This document shows, in pieces, positions 59,489 to 64,000 of a stretch of DNA of 64,000 nucleotides (the stretch's first letter is position 1; every line of letters begins with the position of its first letter). The notes beneath the pieces are model-generated. The model worked only from the letters and a program-made list of their open reading frames with translations. It had not been told where the DNA came from and did no database searches. This stretch comes from Thermoplasmata archaeon. GTDB lineage: Archaea > Thermoplasmatota > Thermoplasmata > Lutacidiplasmatales > UBA184. Location: contig DAHUZZ010000003.1 in the NCBI GenBank assembly GCA_027314915.1, positions 64,815 to 128,814 of the forward strand, given 5' to 3'. Made by a program: the position numbers and the translations under genes.

Positions 59489-60729
59489 TCGACCCCCCGG
59501 GCCGTATCTCCCCGGCGGCCTCGCCGGGCCTCCGACCGAGCCGGGGACCCTTCCGGTGGATCGCCTACGCGCTCGCGGTCACGTCGTTCGGCGCGGGCCT
59601 GCCGACCCCGTGGTACGCCATCTTCGAGTCGCAGTTCGTCTTCTCGACCGGGGTCCTCGCCACCGTGTTCGGGGCCTACACGGCCGGGGTGCTCCTCACG
59701 ATGTTCTTCGTGGCCCCGCTCTCCGATGCGGTCGGCCGCCGGCCGGTCCTCGAGCTCGCCATGCTGCTCACGGCGGTGAGCGGACTGCTCTTCCTCGCCG
59801 CGGACAGCGTGGGGACCCTCATCGTCGCCCGGGTCGTCTCCGGGCTCGCCGTGGGGGCCACGACGAGCACCGCGACCGCGCACATGGCCGCCCTCGAGCC
59901 GAACGCGGACCAGCACCACGTGGCCCGGGTCTCCGTCGCCGCGAACTTCGGGGGCGTCGCGGTGGGCGTCCTCCTGTCGGGATTCCTCCTCCTCGCGGGG
60001 TCCGGCCCCGCCCGGTACGTCTTCCTCGCCCTCGTCGCCGCGAGCGTGCTCGGAGCGATCGTCGTCGCGCGCACCCCCGAGACGGTCGTGCGCGGGACCG
60101 CCCCGGTCCGGGTGCAGCGGCTGAGCGTCCCGACCTCCCTCCGCTTGCCGTTCGGGATCGCGGCCGGTGGCCTCGCCGCCTGCTACGCGCTCTACGGCTT
60201 CTTCGGCGCCCTCGCCCCCTCGCTCCTCCGCGGCCTGCTCGGCCCGGAGAACCTGACCGACGGGGCCATCCTCGTCGCGCTGATGTTCGGATCCGCCGCG
60301 CTCATCCAGCTCGGGCTCGGCCAGGTGCGCGACCGACGGGCGCTCCTCGTGGGGTTGCCGCTCATCATCGCCGCGGTCGTCGGGCTCCTCCTCGCCTTCC
60401 CGCTCGCGTCGGTGGTGCTACTCGCGGGATCGAGCGTCGTGCTCGGCATCGGGGTCGGCTACGCCTACATGGGCGCCGTCACGCTCGCCGACCGGATCGC
60501 GCCCGTCGCCCTCCGGGGCGAGATCCTCTCCGCCTTCTTCGTCGTCGGGTACCTTGCGCTCGCGGTCCCCACCATCGGCGTGGGGCTCGCGGCGGACCGG
60601 ATCGGGCTCGGGCCCTCGGCGCTCCTCTTCGGGATCGTCCTCGCCGCCTTCGCGCTCCTGCTCTTCTTCGTCCTCCTCGGCACACCGACCCCGCCCGGGG
60701 GCGAGGGGCGTCCCCGTTCGAGCCGCTAG
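59485..60729 (+). CDS. MFS transporter
   Basis: 414 aa from a GTG in a GTGA overlap with the ppk2 stop. 12-TM pattern. PLSDAVGRRPVL (MFS motif A). Confidence 0.85.
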   Translation: MIDPPGRISPAASPGLRPSRGPFRWIAYALAVTSFGAGLPTPWYAIFESQFVFSTGVLATVFGAYTAGVLLTMFFVAPLSDAVGRRPVLELAMLLTAVSGLLFLAADSVGTLIVARVVSGLAVGATTSTATAHMAALEPNADQHHVARVSVAANFGGVAVGVLLSGFLLLAGSGPARYVFLALVAASVLGAIVVARTPETVVRGTAPVRVQRLSVPTSLRLPFGIAAGGLAACYALYGFFGALAPSLLRGLLGPENLTDGAILVALMFGSAALIQLGLGQVRDRRALLVGLPLIIAAVVGLLLAFPLASVVLLAGSSVVLGIGVGYAYMGAVTLADRIAPVALRGEILSAFFVVGYLALAVPTIGVGLAADRIGLGPSALLFGIVLAAFALLLFFVLLGTPTPPGGEGRPRSSR

Positions 60730-60771
60730 TTTCCCGGGCCGAGCGCGCGGTCAAGGCCACTTGACAGGGGC

Positions 60772-60779
60772 CCTATACT
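60772..60779 (+). promoter_or_regulatory. TATA-like island CCTATACT upstream of 60813-61091
   Basis: AT island 34-41 nt upstream of the ATG at 60813. Confidence 0.3.
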
Positions 60780-60812
60780 CGCGCGGCCGATGACCCCGGC
60801 CGGTGGTGCACC

Positions 60813-61091
60813 ATGCCCGAGTCCGAAGCTCCGACCCACGGCGCTCTGCCGACCCGCGCGACCCCGGCCGACGAGGGGTTCGGCTGGCGCGTGGCCGTCA
60901 GCATCACGAGCCTCTTCGGCCTGGTGATCTTCATCCTGCTCTACCTCGCCTTCGGGGCCTCCTCGTTCACGGTCGTCCAGAGCGGCGTGCTGGTGATCGC
61001 GGCCCTGCTGGTCTTCATCGCGGCGAACGGCGCGGCCTGGGTGGGATGGGGGATCCGCCACTCCCCCCCCGCGCCGGGCGCCCCGATCTGA
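60813..61091 (+). CDS. Small two-TM membrane protein
   Basis: 92 aa. WRVAVSITSLFGLVIFILLYLAF and VLVIAALLVFIAANGAAWVGW. Confidence 0.55.
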   Translation: MPESEAPTHGALPTRATPADEGFGWRVAVSITSLFGLVIFILLYLAFGASSFTVVQSGVLVIAALLVFIAANGAAWVGWGIRHSPPAPGAPI

Positions 61092-61103
61092 GCGGGGGGA
61101 GCG

Positions 61104-61952
61104 ATGGCCGCTCCCGCCGTCCCGAACCCTCCCGGTCCGACCCCGCCCCCCTCCCTCGCGGTCGCGGTGCCGTACCTCGCGCGCGCCGTCGGGCGCTTGG
61201 AGACCCTGCTCGTGCTCGGTCTCGGCGTGACCCTCCTCACCCTGGTCCTCGACATGGCCCGGGCGCTCGGGCACGCCCCGGCCGCAGTCCAGGCCTACGG
61301 CGTGACCTGGACGGTCCCGATCACGAGCGTGGTGGCGGACGCGGCGACCGCGGCCATCATCCTCCTCGTGCTGGTCGGGGCCTACTACGCCCTCTCCGGC
61401 CTGATCGCATGGCGTCGGGGCGTGGGGTCGCTGCGGCGCGCCCAGCGGGAGGCCCAGGGGGACCGGGCGGTCCACCTCGCCGCCTCGGTGCGCGAGGACC
61501 GACGGACCCTCGTGACCTTCCTCGCCGCGGTTCTGGGGGCGGTCCTCGTCGGGATCGCGATCGGGATCAGCGACCTGGCGCTCTACGCGGGAGGCTACTC
61601 CGCCATCCCGGCCGCCGCGGCGAGCCTCGTGGTCGGTCTCGTGGCGGGCGCCCTCTTCGTCCTCGTCTACTACCACGGCACGCGCCACCTCCTCGAGGCC
61701 CTCGCGGCCGTGGACCCGCGCCTCGTGTCCGACTCGCTCCGGACCGGCCAGGAGTTCATCCTCGTGGGCGCCGCGCTGGGCTGCCTCGGTTCCATCTCGG
61801 CGGTCCTGTGGCCGGCCGAGGTCGTGTCGGTCGCCGGGCTCGCCCTGGTGCTGCTCGGCGTCCTGAGGATCAAGTCGACGTACGACGCGATCGCCGGCCC
61901 GTCGCTCGGCGGCCCGGGCGGGAGCTCTGCCGCCTCGGTGGCCCGCGCGTGA
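61104..61952 (+). CDS. Polytopic membrane protein (hypothetical)
   Basis: 282 aa, about 6 hydrophobic helices. 12 nt after the preceding small membrane gene. Confidence 0.65.
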   Translation: MAAPAVPNPPGPTPPPSLAVAVPYLARAVGRLETLLVLGLGVTLLTLVLDMARALGHAPAAVQAYGVTWTVPITSVVADAATAAIILLVLVGAYYALSGLIAWRRGVGSLRRAQREAQGDRAVHLAASVREDRRTLVTFLAAVLGAVLVGIAIGISDLALYAGGYSAIPAAAASLVVGLVAGALFVLVYYHGTRHLLEALAAVDPRLVSDSLRTGQEFILVGAALGCLGSISAVLWPAEVVSVAGLALVLLGVLRIKSTYDAIAGPSLGGPGGSSAASVARA

Positions 61953-62628
61953 GCAAGGGGTCCGTCCGACCGGCGACGCGGAACCCCCGGGCGCGGAGCC
62001 GGCAGGCGTCGCACCGGCCGCACGGGGCCCGACCCCCGAGGTAGCAGCTCCAGGTGAGCTCCCACGGGACGTGGAACCGGTCCCCCCGCGCGACGATCTC
62101 CGCCTTCGAGAGCCGGAGCAGCGGCGCGTAGATCCGGATCGGCCGACCCTCGATGCCGGCCCGCGTGGCGAGCCGGGCCAGCCGGCCGAACGCCCGCAGG
62201 AACTCCGGCCGGCAGTCCGGGTACCCGGAGTAGTCGATCGCGTTGACGCCGAGGGCGATCGTTCCCGCCCCGACCGTCTCCGCGTAGGCCAGCGCGAGCC
62301 CGAGCAGGATCGTGTTCCGGGCCGGCACGTAGGTGGCCGGGATGCGGTGGCGGGGGCGGCCATCCCGCGGGACCGGGATCCGGCGATTGGTCAGCGCCGA
62401 CCTCGCGATCTCCGCGAGGGGCAGCTCGAGGGTGAGGTGATCCTTCGCGCCGAACCGTCGCGCCAGGGCACGGGCGCTCGCGAGCTCGCGCCCATGGCGC
62501 TGCCCGTACCCCACGGTGAGCGCGAAGACCTCCCGGTCCCGGGCGAGCTCCGCGAGGCACGTCGCCGAATCCATCCCTCCCGAGAGGAGGACCACGGCGC
62601 GGGGCGGGGGATGCGACGGTACCTTCAC
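61870..62628 (-). CDS. queC: 7-cyano-7-deazaguanine synthase QueC
   Basis: 252 aa from a GTG in a GTGA overlap with the upstream stop. PP-loop VVLLSGGMDS. C-terminal zinc cluster SCY...CGRCDAC. Arg-rich run-on tail overlaps the convergent gene by 83 nt. Confidence 0.9.
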   Translation of the reverse strand: MKVPSHPPPRAVVLLSGGMDSATCLAELARDREVFALTVGYGQRHGRELASARALARRFGAKDHLTLELPLAEIARSALTNRRIPVPRDGRPRHRIPATYVPARNTILLGLALAYAETVGAGTIALGVNAIDYSGYPDCRPEFLRAFGRLARLATRAGIEGRPIRIYAPLLRLSKAEIVARGDRFHVPWELTWSCYLGGRAPCGRCDACRLRARGFRVAGRTDPLLTRGPPRRQSSRPGRRATGRRSRRTST

Positions 62629-63416
62629 GGGCCCACCCCCGCGCCCCTCGCGAGGGCGAGGGCGATCAGGACGGCGCTCAGCATCCCGAGGAGGTTGGTG
62701 CCGCCCTTGGAGAGGTACCCCCGGTTCTCGAGCGTCTCGCCCAGCACGCTGTCGACCTGGCAGGCCAGGAACCCGGCGGCGGTCACGCCGGCGATCAGGA
62801 GCAGGACCGAGAACCTGGGCGCGGCGAACGCGTCGAAGAGCAGGAACCCCACCGTGGCGGTGGTGGCGGCGCCGACGAACGCCCAGAGCTCGCCCAGGAG
62901 GGAGATGCCGCCGTTCGTTCCGGCGGGGACCGGCTTGAACGTGAGGATGCTCCGGGCCCGTCCCGCGAGCACGCCGAACTCGCTCGCGAAGGTGTCGGCC
63001 GCCCCGAAGGAGATGGCGCCGGCGTAGAGGAAGGCGAGGAGCGCGGACGGCAGCACCGCGGGCGCGCTCGCGGAGACGACCACCAGGGCCGTCGGCAGCA
63101 CGATGTGCGCCAGCACGTTGTCCACGCCCCGCTCGCCGGCGGAGCCCTCCTGGACGGCGCGCCGCTTCTTCTCCTGGAATCCGTAGCGGGTCGCGAGCGA
63201 GCTCGCCGCCACGAAGAGGATCAGCAGGGCGAGGTAGGGGAATCCTGCGAGGATCACGATGACCGAGCCGAAGACGGCTGCGAGCGCGCCGGCCGGTCGG
63301 GTGAGCGCCCCCGCCGCGACGGCGGCCGCCGCGAGCAGCCCCGTCGCCGCGACCCCGACCGCGGCGTACTCCCACGACAGGACCATGGGATGGGGACGTG
63401 CGAGGGAACCCGCCAC
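62625..63416 (-). CDS. DUF92/TMEM19-family integral membrane protein
   Basis: 263 aa. TRYGFQEKKR...GERG..NVLA and ADTFASEFG blocks typical of DUF92. Confidence 0.8.
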   Translation of the reverse strand: MAGSLARPHPMVLSWEYAAVGVAATGLLAAAAVAAGALTRPAGALAAVFGSVIVILAGFPYLALLILFVAASSLATRYGFQEKKRRAVQEGSAGERGVDNVLAHIVLPTALVVVSASAPAVLPSALLAFLYAGAISFGAADTFASEFGVLAGRARSILTFKPVPAGTNGGISLLGELWAFVGAATTATVGFLLFDAFAAPRFSVLLLIAGVTAAGFLACQVDSVLGETLENRGYLSKGGTNLLGMLSAVLIALALARGAGVGP

Positions 63417-63470
63417 TTTAGGTTATGGCCGGGCGCGGGAAGGTGGGACCCGCGGACCCGGGGAGCGCTT

Positions 63471-64000
63471 CTAGCCCCGACCGAGGAGGAGGTGGACGGC
63501 CCCGAGGAAGCTGCCGGCCCGGAGGTCGGGGTGCACCCCGTGCGCGCCGAGCTCGCGCTCGATCTCCGCTTCCACGCCCCGCTCCGGGACCAGCACGCTC
63601 AGGAGGCCGAGCCGGGACCCCACCTCCATGTCCATGGAGCGGTCCCCGATGATCGCCGACCCGGCGAGGTCGAGCGAGTGTTCCGCCCGGGCCCGCTCGA
63701 AGAGCTGGGTGCCGGGCTTGCGGCAGGCGCACCCTTCCTCCGGCCGGTGGGGGCAGTAGTAGAAGGCGTCGAGCGGAGCGCCCGCCTTCGCGAGCCGCTC
63801 ATCGATCCGGGCGTGGATCTCCCGGAGCCGGGCTTCGCTGAAGAAGCCGCGTCCGACCCCGGACTGGTTGGTCACGCAGATGACCCGGAAGCCGTGCCGC
63901 CGGAGCAGCCGGATCCCCTCGATCACCCCGGGCAGGAACTCGTACCGTTCGGGATCGCTCAGGTAGTGGAAGTCCGGGTTGAGCGTGCCGTCCCGGTCGG
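63471..64000 (-). CDS. HAD-IIIA phosphatase (GmhB/histidinol-phosphatase-like), 5' end outside window
   Basis: Hand translation upstream of the track ORF gives DRDGTLNPDFHYL (DxDGT motif I) running off the window edge. VTNQSG (motif II), CACRKPG, GDRSMD (motif III). Confidence 0.8.
   Translation of the reverse strand, partial: DRDGTLNPDFHYLSDPERYEFLPGVIEGIRLLRRHGFRVICVTNQSGVGRGFFSEARLREIHARIDERLAKAGAPLDAFYYCPHRPEEGCACRKPGTQLFERARAEHSLDLAGSAIIGDRSMDMEVGSRLGLLSVLVPERGVEAEIERELGAHGVHPDLRAGSFLGAVHLLLGRG

Noticed and set aside
60761-60779. Bacterial-looking TTGACA ... TATACT pair
   Set aside because: The spacing is only 7 nt instead of ~17, and the genome is archaeal. Only the TATA-like half is retained as a candidate archaeal promoter.
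1-64000. CRISPR arrays, rRNA genes, additional tRNAs, large structured RNAs
   Set aside because: No regularly spaced repeats were seen other than the 3 x 21-bp array. All intergenic gaps except those described are under ~180 nt. No further cloverleaf-like sequences were noticed by eye. A covariance-model scan is still needed to be sure.

Overview
High-GC (by eye about 70%) archaeal chromosomal segment. The archaeal assignment rests on aIF5A, aIF2-alpha, Nop10, fibrillarin/Nop5, L15e, LX, L44e, S27e, the L1-P0-P1 operon, prefoldin-alpha, GINS and Trm56. The lineage cannot be fixed from sequence alone. I can support about 70 protein genes and one tRNA. I saw no rRNA and no CRISPR array. All family calls come from motif recognition by eye on the supplied translations; no database search or alignment was run. 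Because of the GC content, almost every real gene is shadowed by long spurious ORFs in other frames, and these were discarded on composition and motif grounds. Contents from left to right: (i) 1-3800, a plasmid/virus-like gene cluster (primase-polymerase-like protein plus small zinc-finger proteins) abutting a tRNA-Glu(CUC) that appears to carry a 32-nt intron inside the T-loop; (ii) a 1486-aa helical-repeat protein; (iii) aIF5A divergent from a 1311-aa class-Ia aminoacyl-tRNA-synthetase-like protein that has lost HIGH/KMSKS and is fused to HhH and a DUF835-like domain; (iv) a WtpABC-type tungstate/molybdate ABC operon with a coupled ModE-like regulator; (v) a three-gene operon of unknowns (kinase-like fold, helical protein, secreted protein with zinc ribbon); (vi) housekeeping genes (mscL, argS, ThiI-like, LX, fhs, pfdA, ftsY, SpoU methylase, L15e, GINS, MidA, PAC2); (vii) a four-gene operon of an FtsK/HerA/VirD4-like ATPase plus three KaiC/RecA-like proteins, two of them with a destroyed P-loop; (viii) DRG GTPase, HIT, fibrillarin-Nop5, purF, ribosomal-protein clusters, Trm56, mevalonate kinase, a YchF-like GTPase and a PduO-type adenosyltransferase with no usable start codon; (ix) a phosphate-related neighbourhood (Pho84-like MFS, PPK2 coupled to a second MFS), queC, DUF92 and a partial HAD phosphatase. 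The best candidates for an undescribed system are the translocase plus KaiC-triad operon (37194-41914), the pseudo-synthetase/DUF835 fusion (9638-13573) and the kinase-like three-gene operon (19239-23051). All functional interpretations of these are inference.
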